Assembly (NCBI GenBank): GCA_963815455.1
Contig: CAWFGO010000001.1
Location: 1,024,001-1,088,000 of the forward strand
Reading direction: 5' to 3'
From: an uncultured Verrucomicrobiae bacterium
GTDB lineage: Bacteria > Verrucomicrobiota > Verrucomicrobiia > Chthoniobacterales > UBA10450
DNA length: 64,000 bases
The translations under genes were made by a program, and so were the position numbers. Positions 23,295 to 34,157 of this stretch are shown here, one piece after another (position 1 is the first letter of the stretch; the number at the start of each line of letters is the position of its first letter). The notes under the pieces were generated by a model. The model did not search any database, was not told the DNA's origin, and worked only from the letters and a program-made list of their open reading frames with translations.

Positions 23295-24134
23295 CTACTG
23301 CGCGCTCTGTAGCGAGCGAAACCAGCGCAAGGCGGTTACTGTTTCCGCGCGATTGACTTCGTGGCGGCCGTTGAAGGTCTCGACCCGGACCTGCTTGAAA
23401 CCGGCCTTCTTGATCGAACTCATGACGCCGTATTGCTGGATGAGCGTGGCAATTTTGTCGTCGCGACCGCTGCTGATGAAGACTGGTGTCGCGAGAAAGC
23501 ATGCCCCGGGTTGGAACTTAAGATAGCCTTCGCTCAAGTGATCCTCGTTTACGCCAGTAAGATAAATTCCGATAATGTGGCAACCGAATCGCGCGAGAAG
23601 AGGTGCAATGAACGCGGCGCGTCTCGCTCCCCCGGAAAAACCGGCAAACGCGATCGGCCATTTGTCTGAGCCGGCAAAGCTACGGTGGAGGGCGTCCACG
23701 GCGGCGAGGGTCATCGCCGCGCGCCAGGCGGCGATGTCGAAGCGGGCCGGTTGAGGCCCATCGCCGGCCAGCACGACCCAGCCTTCGGCGAGCGCGAGGC
23801 TGCGATAGAACTCGGCGAGATCATCCCGGTTTTGACGGTGGCCGTCACTGGTCGATAGCACGATTAACACCGGCCAACTTTTTCGCGGATTGAAACCCGG
23901 GGGAACAGCCAGAACCGCAACCGCGCTGGGCGGCACGGAATTGCCGCCTTCCGCGGCGAATGATTTTTCCTGCGGGCTAAGAGGCACGTTCGCGCGGACC
24001 GTCGAGCCGGGCGACAAGGGAACCCCGGCGAACTTCATTCGTTCCTCTGCTGATGCGGTTAGGGGGGCGCTTAATAGAAGAAGCGCGTGCCCAATCAGGA
24101 GAATCCTATCCACGCGAGGATGAGAGATCGACAT
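23295..24134 (-). CDS. Secreted alpha/beta-hydrolase-like protein
   Basis: GFSGG nucleophile elbow, G.DD.IA, F.G.H. Confidence 0.7.
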   Translation of the reverse strand: MSISHPRVDRILLIGHALLLLSAPLTASAEERMKFAGVPLSPGSTVRANVPLSPQEKSFAAEGGNSVPPSAVAVLAVPPGFNPRKSWPVLIVLSTSDGHRQNRDDLAEFYRSLALAEGWVVLAGDGPQPARFDIAAWRAAMTLAAVDALHRSFAGSDKWPIAFAGFSGGARRAAFIAPLLARFGCHIIGIYLTGVNEDHLSEGYLKFQPGACFLATPVFISSGRDDKIATLIQQYGVMSSIKKAGFKQVRVETFNGRHEVNRAETVTALRWFRSLQSAQ

Positions 24135-25467
24135 GGGAAATATCGAGGGTTGATGCCTGTTGCTTCGTTCTTTGAAGAATCGTTGCGGCGCCAATCCAGA
24201 TCGTAACCAAAAGCAGGAGAAGCGCGCACCAGCTCACACCGGCAATGGCCCGCCAATTCTCGAGAAGATCGTCGTGGCCAAACGCGCGTAATGGAACTGA
24301 GAGACCCGCAACCGCAATTAGAATCGCACTTAACAACGCGAGTCGACGTCCCCGCTTTACCTGAGCGGTGAATATCCCCAGCGCCACGATGTAGACCAGG
24401 AATAATAGCAACATATGACGCGCCATGATTTGCGGACTGAACACAAGGGCGATTACGATCAAGGCGGACCATTCCAGGCTCACTCGAGCGCCGCGGGTTC
24501 CATGCTCATCAGCATCGGCTGGAGCGAAGAGTTGAACACGATAATGACGCGCAATGAAAATAATCACACCGACGACGACGGCGAGAGCTAAAACAAGAAA
24601 CACAACGGCAATCAATTGTGAAACCCCAAGTATCTTGACTGTCCTAAAAATGGCGGACGTCAGCGAAACAGAACGATCCCACCCGACTGGGAGTATTCTC
24701 AGGCCCTCATCCGGCCCGCGCGGGGCCAGGTTAACCAGCTTGGCCAAGCCGCCCAAGGCGTCAGCGGCGTAAAGGCCAGCCAACCGAGGGCCAACTTCAA
24801 CGGCAGGCAACATCATGAAGAAACTAAACGAAACGACGGAGGCAACCGCCGCGCGGTAATTGCGCTTGACGATGAAGTAAGGAACGAAAATGAGAGCCAA
24901 ATACTTGATGTTGGCGACCAAGCCCACGATCACGCCCGCTATCGGCGTTTTTCGATCCATCCATGGCAGGATGAGAGCGAAGCCAAGGATCAAGAGGGCA
25001 TCGATCTGGATCAGGCGGAATTCGGCGTGGACTTTATCGTAGCTGAGAAGGAGAGCTGCGGCCGCGATCAGCCAGGGAAGCGAATCATCAGGTCCGCCCG
25101 CCGCCGCGGGCGGTCGCCACCGTTTTACAACTTGTTTGGCCGAGATGACCGCCGAAGCAAAAAGAAGGGCCGCGCTCAGAGCGAGCCAGACCAGGGCTGC
25201 GTTGTGTTCGGACAGGACCGCAACGGGTTGAAAGATAAAGGCCACGAACGGCGAATAGATGTAAAGGCCATTACTGGCTTCGCGGATATCCTGATGATTC
25301 AATACGGCGCGCGCCGCGCGGTAGGTGGGAGCAAAGTCTTCCGTGTTCTTCTCTCCAATCCAAGCTCGCCGGGCGCTGGGCGCAGCCGCAATAATCAACA
25401 GGGCCACGATGACGGCAATGGCGACGAACCGTCGCCCAGCACCGGAAAGCTTTCTGCCGGGTGTCAT
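24106..25467 (-). CDS. GT87/DUF2029 membrane glycosyltransferase
   Basis: DF...Y.AA, YIYSPF.A, Q.D, ANIK; multiple TM helices. Confidence 0.8.
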   Translation of the reverse strand: MTPGRKLSGAGRRFVAIAVIVALLIIAAAPSARRAWIGEKNTEDFAPTYRAARAVLNHQDIREASNGLYIYSPFVAFIFQPVAVLSEHNAALVWLALSAALLFASAVISAKQVVKRWRPPAAAGGPDDSLPWLIAAAALLLSYDKVHAEFRLIQIDALLILGFALILPWMDRKTPIAGVIVGLVANIKYLALIFVPYFIVKRNYRAAVASVVSFSFFMMLPAVEVGPRLAGLYAADALGGLAKLVNLAPRGPDEGLRILPVGWDRSVSLTSAIFRTVKILGVSQLIAVVFLVLALAVVVGVIIFIARHYRVQLFAPADADEHGTRGARVSLEWSALIVIALVFSPQIMARHMLLLFLVYIVALGIFTAQVKRGRRLALLSAILIAVAGLSVPLRAFGHDDLLENWRAIAGVSWCALLLLLVTIWIGAATILQRTKQQASTLDISHVDLSSSRG

Positions 25468-25481
25468 AACATTCGTCTCGA

Positions 25482-26321
25482 TTAATCGGCAGCCGCCGGG
25501 TTCTGTCGATGACTTTTGTTAATGGATTCTCCAGAAAGACGCCGTTTGGCCTCCGCCAGATAAGTTTTGTCAATTTCGAAGCCGATAAAGTTATTGACGC
25601 CGCATTTCTGCGCGGCCACTGCAGAATTTCCAATCCCGAGGAAGGGATCGAGCATCGTGTTCACCCGGTCGACGCCGTGCAACTTGATGCACCATTCCGC
25701 GAGCTCGACCGGAAACGTGGCCGGATGCGGACGCTCTTTTTCGCGGCTCTGAATGGTTTCATACGGAATGAACCAGGTATTGCCGCGGCACCGAACATCC
25801 TTGCCGCCGGTATGTCCCCAGCGCGCGACATTGCTCTTGTCCTGATACGGCACGCCGAGCGCGAGTCGGTCGATTTCTACCGCGCCCGATTTTGTGAAGT
25901 GAAATATGTATTCGTGGCAATCGTTGAGAAATCGTTTCGAGCTGATCGGCTTAAAGTGACCATGGGAACGAACTTCACCTTGTCGATCCTCAATGGCGAT
26001 CGATTTGATCCAGTGAATCGTGTTTTGCAGGACGAAATCCTCTCGCAGCAGCATGACCATTTCGTGCGGCAACATCGGGTTTGACGGCGCGGCGCCGACA
26101 TTCAAAAAAAATGAGCCGCTGGATTTCAGGATGCGGCGAACTTGCGCCGACCATTTCTCGCACCATTGCAAATACGATTGTCGATTCTGTTGATCCGAAT
26201 ATTTCCGGTAGCGGATCCCGAGATTGTAGGGCGGCGATGTCACGACAAGATCGACATGTTCTTCGGGAAGTTTGGCCATTCCCTCCAGGCAATCTTGCAA
26301 GCGCAGGTCGAGCTTGGTCAT
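25482..26321 (-). CDS. Orphan N4-C/N6-A DNA methyltransferase (beta class)
   Basis: TSPPYN precedes HPATFP and LDPFLGIG. Confidence 0.92.
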   Translation of the reverse strand: MTKLDLRLQDCLEGMAKLPEEHVDLVVTSPPYNLGIRYRKYSDQQNRQSYLQWCEKWSAQVRRILKSSGSFFLNVGAAPSNPMLPHEMVMLLREDFVLQNTIHWIKSIAIEDRQGEVRSHGHFKPISSKRFLNDCHEYIFHFTKSGAVEIDRLALGVPYQDKSNVARWGHTGGKDVRCRGNTWFIPYETIQSREKERPHPATFPVELAEWCIKLHGVDRVNTMLDPFLGIGNSAVAAQKCGVNNFIGFEIDKTYLAEAKRRLSGESINKSHRQNPAAAD

Positions 26322-26366
26322 CAATGATCTGTCGCACAAAAGTGAAAATTGTACAAGCGGCGGTCT

Positions 26367-26509
26367 GGTTCTGGGGAGCACAGGCTGCCAGCCTGTAGTT
26401 CGCGGCAGCTTGCCGCGAACCGCTTTCGCCGCTTTGCATATTGACGCGCCAGAGGCATTCGGCGCAGCGGCCGAATGCTACAGGCTGGCAGCCTGTGCTC
26501 CCCAGAACC
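26367..26509. repeat. REP-like element with perfect 32-bp terminal inverted repeats
   Basis: ggttctggggagcacaggctgccagcctgtag (26367-26398) and its exact reverse complement (26478-26509). Confidence 0.85.
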
Positions 26510-26549
26510 GAGATTCGCGGGCGTAAAGAAATTCGTTATTGTTCCCTCA

Positions 26550-27347
26550 ATGTCGGACAAGCCTTCCAAACTCAAGATCGCCGATCGCGAATTCACTTCG
26601 CGGTTTCTTGTCGGCACGGGCAAATTTGCCTCCAACGAATTGATGCGCGATGCGCTGATCGCCAGCGGGACCGAACTGGTGACGGTCGCGCTACGCCGGG
26701 CCGATTTGTCCGGCAAGGGCGATCCCTACGCGAACATTCTCGATTTCATCGATCCGAAACGGTTTTTGCTTCTGCCGAACACGAGCGGCGCACGCAACGC
26801 AACGGAAGCGGTGCGGCTGGCCCGGCTGGCGGCAAGCGCTGGCCTGCCGACATGGATCAAGCTCGAGATTCATCCCGATCCGCGCTACCTGCTCCCCGAT
26901 GGGGTAGAAACATTGGCTGCCGCGGAAATTCTGGTAAAGGAAGGATTCACCGTGCTCCCCTATATCAATGCCGATCCGGTGCTGGCAAAGCGATTGCAAG
27001 ACGCCGGTACCGCAACGGTGATGCCGCTCGGCTCGCCGATCGGGAGCAATCGTGGAATTGAAACGCGACCACAGATCGAGATCATCATCGAACAAGCGAC
27101 CGTCCCGGTCGTTGTCGATGCCGGCCTGGGCGCGCCAAGCCAGGCCGCCGAAGCGATGGAGATGGGCGCCGATGCCGTGCTGGTCAATACCGCCATCGCG
27201 ATCGCTTCCGACCCGGTCCGCATGGCGCAAGCGTTTCGCAAGGCCATCGAAGCCGGCCGCGACGCCTACGAGATTGGTCTGGCCGAAAAATTGTCCGCTG
27301 CATCCGCGACCAGTCCGCTCACCGGATTTCTAACGCGTGAATCATAA
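26550..27347 (+). CDS. thiG: Thiazole synthase
   Basis: [45 protein letters not shown]. Confidence 0.97.
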   Translation: MSDKPSKLKIADREFTSRFLVGTGKFASNELMRDALIASGTELVTVALRRADLSGKGDPYANILDFIDPKRFLLLPNTSGARNATEAVRLARLAASAGLPTWIKLEIHPDPRYLLPDGVETLAAAEILVKEGFTVLPYINADPVLAKRLQDAGTATVMPLGSPIGSNRGIETRPQIEIIIEQATVPVVVDAGLGAPSQAAEAMEMGADAVLVNTAIAIASDPVRMAQAFRKAIEAGRDAYEIGLAEKLSAASATSPLTGFLTRES

Positions 27348-27374
27348 CCGCGGATTACGCGGATTTTCACGGAT

Positions 27375-27505
27375 TGTCATCCTGAGCGGAGCGAAGGATC
27401 CCACGAGTGCATTCAACGTTCTCGAGCAACCGTGCGCTCTACCGAACAGAACGGCTCGGAGAGTGAAAGACGACCGTGAGGTCCCTCGCTGCGCTCGGGA
27501 TGACA
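27375..27505. repeat. REP-like element, GTCATCC..GAGCG family
   Basis: tgtcatcctgagcggagcgaagga ... cgctgcgctcgggatgaca. Confidence 0.85.
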
Positions 27506-27565
27506 AACGGTCAGTAGCAGGTCGCATCCACTGGCGCGATTGACTCGATCGGCTAGATTCTGCGG

Positions 27566-28786
27566 ATGTTTTCCGAGACGATCGAATTGCGCGGTCATAT
27601 TATCGACTCGCTCATTCTGCCCAAGGTGCTGGACCAAATCCTCACCCGGGGCGCGAACTTCAAGATCAGCGAGATCAAGATCGGCAAGAAACGGGCCGAC
27701 CAGAGTTTTGCCCGGATCGAGGTTTCAGCCTCGACCAGCGAAGCACTCGACGAACTAATTTTGCGGCTGCGCCAGCACGGAGCGGAGGCGGCGAAGAAAA
27801 CCAATGTGCAGTTGGCCAAGGCCCCGGTGGACGGAGCTTTCCCGCGCGATTTTTACGTAACCACGAACCAGCAAACGTTTGTCCGGTTCGATGACAAGGA
27901 AATGGAAGTGCATCCGGCGATGATGGACAGTGCGATCGCGCTCGATCGAAAAAAGAAGACCGCGCGGGCGGTGAAGTTTTTCGATGTTCGCAAGGGAGAC
28001 GAGATCGTTGTCGGCCACAAGGGGATTCGCGTCGTACCGGTGCAACGCTCCACCTCGCACACGGATGTTTTTCAATTCATTAACGCGATCATCGGACCGG
28101 ACGAGCCGAAATCGGCTGTGATTCGCGAACTGGCCCGGGAATTGCAACACGCCCGCGCGGCACGGGCAAAAATTGCAATCGTCGGCGGCACGGCAATCGT
28201 CCGGACTGGCGCGGGCGAACATCTCGAACGATTGATCGAGTTAGGTTACGTCCATCGTTTATTCGCCGGAAACGCATTCGCAGTGTGCGACGTTGAGCGC
28301 GCCCTCTTCGGCACTTCGGTAGGCGTGAGCGCGGAACGCGCTTTCGAAACAGGCGGCCACGAAAATCAGATGCGCGCCATCAACATTCTTCGCGAGTCGG
28401 GCGGAATTATCGAAGCGGTTGCGAAAAAGATCGTGACCCGCGGTGTCATGCACGCCTGTGTCCGGCACAAGGTGGATATCGTTTTGACCGGCTCGATTCG
28501 GGACGACGGACCGATCCCCGGTGTCACCACCGACATCGTTAAAGCGCAAAAACTGATGCGAGACAAACTGGCCGACGTGACTCACGTGTTGCTCCTGGGC
28601 GCGTTCCAACATTCGCTGGCTGTTGCCTCGATGCTGGCGCCGAACGTGAAAACGGTTTGCGTCGATATCGATCCTTCGGCCGTGGAACGGGCGATCGAGC
28701 ATCAACCGCTACAATCGATCGGCATGGTAACGGACGTCGAACCGTTCCTGCGCGAATTGGCCGATTGCCTCGCCCGCGCTAGGTAA
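27566..28786 (+). CDS. TIGR00300 / LOR-SDH-like protein (homologous to the ornithine cyclodeaminase part of ArgZ/AgrE)
   Basis: LRGHIIDS, FY.TTN, MDS.I, VVGH.GIRV, GSIRDDGP, VCVDI, G.VTDV..FL. Confidence 0.85.
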   Translation: MFSETIELRGHIIDSLILPKVLDQILTRGANFKISEIKIGKKRADQSFARIEVSASTSEALDELILRLRQHGAEAAKKTNVQLAKAPVDGAFPRDFYVTTNQQTFVRFDDKEMEVHPAMMDSAIALDRKKKTARAVKFFDVRKGDEIVVGHKGIRVVPVQRSTSHTDVFQFINAIIGPDEPKSAVIRELARELQHARAARAKIAIVGGTAIVRTGAGEHLERLIELGYVHRLFAGNAFAVCDVERALFGTSVGVSAERAFETGGHENQMRAINILRESGGIIEAVAKKIVTRGVMHACVRHKVDIVLTGSIRDDGPIPGVTTDIVKAQKLMRDKLADVTHVLLLGAFQHSLAVASMLAPNVKTVCVDIDPSAVERAIEHQPLQSIGMVTDVEPFLRELADCLARAR

Positions 28787-28798
28787 ATTGTCGATCTT

Positions 28799-29608
28799 AT
28801 GCGCGAGTTATTGCTTTGCCCGCCGGACCACTACGGCATCGAATACGAGATTAATCCTTGGATGAGTCGCGCCCGCGGCGCCGACGCGGAGGTCGCGCAA
28901 AAGCAGTGGAAAGGTTTGCATGACACGCTGTCAGGATTGGATTGCAAGATCCATTTGATCACGCCGCAAAAAGGATTGCCCGACATGGTCTTTACGGCCA
29001 ATGCCGGACTCACAGTCGGCAAAAAATTTATCCCGAGCAATTTTCGTCACCAGGAGCGCGCCGGCGAAGCGCCGCTTTTTGCCAAATGGATGGAACAGCA
29101 CGGTTATCAAGTCGATTGGTTGCCGGAAAATCTTTACTTCGAAGGCGAAGGCGACGCGCTTTTTGGCGGCGACGCGCTTCTTTGCGGTTACAAATTCCGG
29201 TCCGACATCCAATCACATCGAGCGGTGGCCGATATGCTCGGTTGCCTGGTCATCTCGGTGGAACTTGTCGATCCTCGCTTTTATCACCTCGATACTTGTT
29301 TTTGTCCGTTGCCGGACGGCGGAGCATTTTGGTTTCCCGAAGCATTCGATGAATACGGCCAGCGCGTAATCCGCGACCATGTGCCGGACGTGATCGACGT
29401 GCCGGCCGATGAAGCGGCGCATTTCTCGTGCAACGCCATTGTGATCGATCGGGACATTGTTTTGCCCGAAGGGGCACCCAATCTGGTAGCCACGTTGCGG
29501 GCACGCGGCTATCAATGTCACCCACTACCGATGACCGAATTCATTAAAGCCGGCGGCGCGTGCAAATGTCTCACCATGTTCATGCCGCAGCGGGCGAGCG
29601 CGGTGTAG
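28799..29608 (+). CDS. Amidinotransferase / arginine dihydrolase-like enzyme
   Basis: YEINPWM, LPDMVFTANAG, FEGEGD, FYHLDTCFCPL, EF.KAGG..KCL. Confidence 0.9.
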   Translation: MRELLLCPPDHYGIEYEINPWMSRARGADAEVAQKQWKGLHDTLSGLDCKIHLITPQKGLPDMVFTANAGLTVGKKFIPSNFRHQERAGEAPLFAKWMEQHGYQVDWLPENLYFEGEGDALFGGDALLCGYKFRSDIQSHRAVADMLGCLVISVELVDPRFYHLDTCFCPLPDGGAFWFPEAFDEYGQRVIRDHVPDVIDVPADEAAHFSCNAIVIDRDIVLPEGAPNLVATLRARGYQCHPLPMTEFIKAGGACKCLTMFMPQRASAV

Positions 29609-29615
29609 AGAATGC

Positions 29616-30866
29616 CTACCGCGACCAGCTCGGCTCGGTAATTTTGCCGAGGCCGTCCAGGATCTTGTTTTTGCGACTGTTTACCGTGTCGACCAGATAA
29701 AGCGCGCCGCCCTGGGTGCAGATGATGTGGCGCGAATCGGCGCCCCAGGCTGGATTCTCGCCCGACGTCACGATGCGCGATCCGCCGCCGCCAGCATCGA
29801 CAACTGCCACTTGAAACTCGCCGCCGCCGCGAACATTGAACGCGATCTTCTTTCCGTCCGGCGACCAGTTCGGTTCCGTGCAATAACCGTGACCGGTCGA
29901 AATCGGTGAGCCGCCGCCGCCGCCGGATGAGATTCGATAAAGCTGCGGGCCATGGCCGTCATCGAACGAGTAAACAATCTCATCGCCGCTCGGCGACCAG
30001 CTCGGTCCCGATTCTACTCCGCGGGTCTTGGTCAATCTTCGCGCACTTCCGCCGCCGGCGCTTACGGTGTAAAGCTCGGGATTGCCGTCCTTGCTCACGC
30101 TCAGCGCGAGCTTCCCTCCATCGGGTGAAAACGCGGCGCCGCTGTTCGTTCCCGGGAAATTTACGATCCGATTGCGTGCACCGCTGGCCAGATCGATTAC
30201 GTAAACATCCGGGTACCCGCTCTGATAACCGGTATAGGCAATCCGGCGACCATCGGGACTGATCGAGGGATGCACGCTGATCACGCCGTCGTGCGTCATC
30301 TGACGCGCGTTCGATCCGTCGTAATCGGCCACATACACTTCCTTCTTGCCGCTTCGGGTGGCGATGAACGCGATCTTGCTCGTGGCAAAACCTTTGTTGC
30401 CGGTCAGCGTCTCGATGATGTCGTTGGCGAATCGGTGCGCATTTTCACGCGCGCTGCCGTTGTAACTTTTCGACAGCACCGTGCCGCCGCTGTGATCGAC
30501 CACTTGTCCCTCCAAATTGCCGCCGCTGGCCGACCCGCGCGCGGTGTAAGCGGCGTTGCCGCTCAAAATAAAGTAGCCCGAGAGTGTGAGATCGTTCTGC
30601 AATATTTTGGTCGCGGCCGATCCTTCGCCGCCTGTCAGCGTCGAGATCGTCAGATTGATCTTGTCGGCTTTGCTAACAGTGATGGTCGGCGGTTCCTGCG
30701 CGAACGCCGCAGTGGACAGGATCGACAGCGCCGCAAGCATGGTGGATCGCGATCTCCGAGCGCGATGGTAAAATACAAACCGCGAAGCGGTTCCAATTTG
30801 ATCGCTGCGCGATTTTGTTCTGTCATCGTGCCCGGAGGTCACGATCCACCTCGTCAGTATTCTCAT
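29616..30866 (-). CDS. tolB: TolB-like beta-propeller protein
   Basis: AH.FAN.I...LTG..G, repeated P..SPDG motifs; downstream of tolQR-tonB/tolA. Confidence 0.9.
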   Translation of the reverse strand: MRILTRWIVTSGHDDRTKSRSDQIGTASRFVFYHRARRSRSTMLAALSILSTAAFAQEPPTITVSKADKINLTISTLTGGEGSAATKILQNDLTLSGYFILSGNAAYTARGSASGGNLEGQVVDHSGGTVLSKSYNGSARENAHRFANDIIETLTGNKGFATSKIAFIATRSGKKEVYVADYDGSNARQMTHDGVISVHPSISPDGRRIAYTGYQSGYPDVYVIDLASGARNRIVNFPGTNSGAAFSPDGGKLALSVSKDGNPELYTVSAGGGSARRLTKTRGVESGPSWSPSGDEIVYSFDDGHGPQLYRISSGGGGGSPISTGHGYCTEPNWSPDGKKIAFNVRGGGEFQVAVVDAGGGGSRIVTSGENPAWGADSRHIICTQGGALYLVDTVNSRKNKILDGLGKITEPSWSR

Positions 30867-31852
30867 TGTTCGGAGTTGAGTTCGAAATTGATTCTCACGT
30901 CGTAATGCCCGCCACTGCCGAGCCCATCCGGCAGAGGATCAACTTGAGTCACTCGTTTCGCAACCGCCGACACCGAGCCGTCCACCACCGGGTTACCCGA
31001 TGGTTTGATGACTTCAAATTGAGAAACGCTGCCGTCCTTCTCGATCCGAATCCTGACGAGCACGGAAAGTTTTTCACCGGACGAGATCTCGTTCGTGGGC
31101 TGGATCCATTCACTGTGAAACCGGTCGTGCAACATGTTTCCGTACCAGCCGAACTGTGAGGCCGCACCCCCGCCGCCCGATTTTCCTCCCGCGCCGGACG
31201 AAGTTCCCTTGCCGGTTCCGCTGTGAGCGGCAATCGCTTTCTTCGGCTTTTCGTCATCGGCATCGCTCTTTCCCAAGGCCGCCTTGGCGATCCGCTTTTT
31301 CTCAGCATCGACATCTTCCTTTTCTTCATCGTCGTCCGACTTCTCAGGAGTAGGCTTCGCCTTCGGTGTCGGTTTAGGCGACGCTTTTGCCAGAACGGTT
31401 TTTTTCGGTTTGGGTTTCGGTTTCGGCGTCGGCTTTGGGGTCGGCTTCGGCGTGGGTTTTGGCTTTGGCGTGGGTTTTGGCTTTGGCGTTTCTTTTTCTT
31501 CAGGTGTGGGCTTCGGAGTCGGTTTCGGCGTAGCCGTTGATTTCGGGGTCGGTTTGGGCGTGGCCGTTGTCAGCTGAATCTCGCTCTTTGCCGAAGCTAA
31601 GATCGGACGGTCTTCGTCCGGCTCCTCCTTTCGTTTTGCTTCGGGAGGCGGCGTGGAGACCGACTCCGGCTTGGCCGCGCTCTTGGCTTCAGCGACATCG
31701 CCATCGCCCGCGCCGCCGGTATCCATCCAGACCATGCTTTGGGGAGTTACTATTTTCGGTTCACGACTCCAGCGGATCAATCCAATCAGCAACGCCACGT
31801 GGGCGAGCCCGATAAGGACGACATTCCGCCAGAAGCGAACCTTCTTCGACAT
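30863..31852 (-). CDS. TolA/TonB-like protein with KPTP repeats
   Basis: N-terminal TM with HxxL, (KPTP)n linker, C-terminal W...V.I.I..DG.V.....PSG....D. Confidence 0.85.
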   Translation of the reverse strand: MSKKVRFWRNVVLIGLAHVALLIGLIRWSREPKIVTPQSMVWMDTGGAGDGDVAEAKSAAKPESVSTPPPEAKRKEEPDEDRPILASAKSEIQLTTATPKPTPKSTATPKPTPKPTPEEKETPKPKPTPKPKPTPKPTPKPTPKPKPKPKKTVLAKASPKPTPKAKPTPEKSDDDEEKEDVDAEKKRIAKAALGKSDADDEKPKKAIAAHSGTGKGTSSGAGGKSGGGGAASQFGWYGNMLHDRFHSEWIQPTNEISSGEKLSVLVRIRIEKDGSVSQFEVIKPSGNPVVDGSVSAVAKRVTQVDPLPDGLGSGGHYDVRINFELNSEQ

Positions 31853-31854
31853 CG

Positions 31855-32271
31855 TTATTTCGACTCGGCTTTGGTGGCGATGCCGACCTTGGTGATTTGC
31901 GCGCCCCGCAACGCGTCCATGAGCGCGATCAACTTTTGCACGGGCAACTCGCGATCCGGCCGGATCACCACCGCCACATCAGGAGTCGTCCGTTTCAGCT
32001 CGATCAATTGTTCGGTGAGTGTGGCCAGATCGACAGCCTGATCATTGAACTTGATCGTCTCGGTCCGGTCGATCGAGATCGTTTGCACCTGCGGCGAATT
32101 CACCGGCGGATTTTTCTCGCTGCTCGATGGAATCACGAGGTTCATGCTGCTCTCCATCAGCGGGGTTGTGATCATGAAAATGATCAACAGAACAAACGCC
32201 AGATCGAGCAAGGGCGTGATGTTGATCTCGCTCAGCGAGGAGAGGCCCTGGCGCTGAGAATAGCGTCTCAT
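31855..32271 (-). CDS. tolR: TolR/ExbD
   Basis: [21 protein letters not shown]. Confidence 0.88.
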   Translation of the reverse strand: MRRYSQRQGLSSLSEINITPLLDLAFVLLIIFMITTPLMESSMNLVIPSSSEKNPPVNSPQVQTISIDRTETIKFNDQAVDLATLTEQLIELKRTTPDVAVVIRPDRELPVQKLIALMDALRGAQITKVGIATKAESK

Positions 32272-33023
32272 CTCCGAAAACTCCCTTCGCGCGCGCTGTG
32301 ATCGACGTATTTATGCTCGAACTCTGACGCCAGCTCGGCGGCGAAATTGTCCATCTCGACGATGATGGCGCGAATGCTGGTGACGAGAAAATTGTAACCG
32401 AACATCGCCGGGATCGCGACGCAGAGCGCGGTCACAGTGGTGATGAGCGCACCGGAAACGCCGGGCGCCATAGCGGCGAGATTAGGCGAACCGGCCACCG
32501 CCACGCCGGTGAACGCATCCATCACGCCCCAGACGGTGCCAAGCAATCCGAGAAACGGCGAGCCGCTGACCGCGGTTGCGAGCAAAATCATTTGCGATTC
32601 CAGCTCGAGCGCGGTCTCGCCCACGGCGCGTTCCATCGCCGCGTTCACGGCGCCCATTTGCGCCGGCGAAATCTTGTCCGCGATCTCGAGCCGGGCCCGA
32701 AAAGTTTCGTCCACCTCGGCCGAGCCTAGCAAATGAAACGTCATTTCCTGGCAACCTGCACGATAAACACTGAAATCGGGCGCGCCGGGGAAACGCGCAT
32801 TTTTCTGGAACAGACGAAGCGGTTGTCGATCCTGCCGGAAGGCCGCTCGAAACCGGGCATTCTGGTTTCGAGCGAACTGGACCACCCGCAGTTTGGTGAT
32901 CATAATCGACCAGCTAAAAATCGACGCCACCGCGAGAAGCAGCAGGACAAGTTTTCCCGCCACCGTCGCGTGATCGAATGCGAATAGCAGACCCCCTGCT
33001 GCTAGCAAATCTGGAAGGAACAT
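32268..33023 (-). CDS. tolQ: TolQ/ExbB
   Basis: SPFLGLLGTVWGVM.AF, APGVSGALITT. Confidence 0.9.
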   Translation of the reverse strand: MFLPDLLAAGGLLFAFDHATVAGKLVLLLLAVASIFSWSIMITKLRVVQFARNQNARFRAAFRQDRQPLRLFQKNARFPGAPDFSVYRAGCQEMTFHLLGSAEVDETFRARLEIADKISPAQMGAVNAAMERAVGETALELESQMILLATAVSGSPFLGLLGTVWGVMDAFTGVAVAGSPNLAAMAPGVSGALITTVTALCVAIPAMFGYNFLVTSIRAIIVEMDNFAAELASEFEHKYVDHSAREGSFRR

Positions 33024-33094
33024 ATTTGCTTCACCTGGAGTAAGTAATAACGCACTACGGTGAAAGTGCTACTGAAAGAATGCACCACAACGCG

Positions 33095-33176
33095 GTCATC
33101 CTGAGCGAAGTCGAAGGATCCCGTAGAGTTGCCGACAGCTTGGACAACGGGATGTCTCGACTTCGCTCGACATGAC
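33095..33176. repeat. REP-like element, GTCATCC family
   Basis: gtcatcctgagcgaagtcgaaggatcccg...cgggatgtctcgacttcgctcgacatgac. Confidence 0.85.
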
Positions 33177-33177
33177 A

Positions 33178-34143
33178 CTAACGCTTCTTCGGATACGTCG
33201 GCCGCATTCTGGCCGCGATCACGAACGCGATGCCGATCGCGATCAAGAAGAATGAGAAAAACTGGCCGCGGGTGAATCCTGCGATCATCGACGAATCCGG
33301 CTCGCGAAAATATTCGATCACGATCCGGAAAATTGCGTAACAGATAAAGAAGAGGCCGATTAAGACACCGTTCGGTTGCCGCATGCGGGTGCGCACGAAC
33401 CAGAGGATCGCGAATAGAACGATCCCTTCGAAGAACGCTTCGTAGAGTTGGGACGGATGCCGGGGAGTGAGAATCGAGCCCAAGACCTGTTTCACCTGCG
33501 GTTGTCGATGCACCGCGGCAACAATTGCTTCCGGCGTGGTCAGCGCGGGATCGGCCTGGGCACAGGCAGTCACCGCTCGCTCGGCCTCGGCCGGATGATC
33601 GAACAACTCCTTGGGAAACTGTATCGCCCACTTCACGTTTGTGGCGCGTCCGTACAGTTCGCCATTAATAAAATTAGCGCATCGTCCAAAAAACAAGCCC
33701 AGAGGCGCGGTCACGACCAGATTGTCCCCCAGATTCAGCCATGAAGTCTGGTGGCGGCGCGCAAAATACAAGCTGAACAACAAAATGCCCATCATCCCGC
33801 CGTGGCTCGACATTCCGCCTTCCCACACCCGCAAGATCGACATCGGCTCGCGCAGCATCTCGGGTTTATAGAAAAAAACGTAACCGAGCCGGCCACCGAG
33901 AATTACCCCGAACAGGGCGCAGCCGGTGATATAATCGGCGACCTTCTCCACCGGTAGATCGGCATACCCCATCCTCGAGAGCGCTCGCAAAAGGACGTAA
34001 CCGCAAATGAATGCCAGCACATAGGCGAGTCCGTACCAACGCGGCCCGACATTGTCGTAAATCCGGAAAATGATCGGGTCGAGATCGTGGATGTAGTAGG
34101 CGAACACGCTGGTGATTGTCACTGATCTTCCGAATTCGAGCAA
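33178..34143 (-). CDS. lgt: Prolipoprotein diacylglyceryl transferase (start uncertain)
   Basis: RWYGLAY, GGRLGY, GGMSSHGG, GR.ANFINGELYGR, RHPSQLYEA, EYFREPD. Confidence 0.97.
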   Translation of the reverse strand: MLEFGRSVTITSVFAYYIHDLDPIIFRIYDNVGPRWYGLAYVLAFICGYVLLRALSRMGYADLPVEKVADYITGCALFGVILGGRLGYVFFYKPEMLREPMSILRVWEGGMSSHGGMMGILLFSLYFARRHQTSWLNLGDNLVVTAPLGLFFGRCANFINGELYGRATNVKWAIQFPKELFDHPAEAERAVTACAQADPALTTPEAIVAAVHRQPQVKQVLGSILTPRHPSQLYEAFFEGIVLFAILWFVRTRMRQPNGVLIGLFFICYAIFRIVIEYFREPDSSMIAGFTRGQFFSFFLIAIGIAFVIAARMRPTYPKKR

Positions 34144-34157
34144 TACAATCGCGCATC

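Noticed and set aside
26400..26549. TPP riboswitch upstream of thiG
   Set aside because: The region is a REP-like inverted repeat with no CTGAGA core
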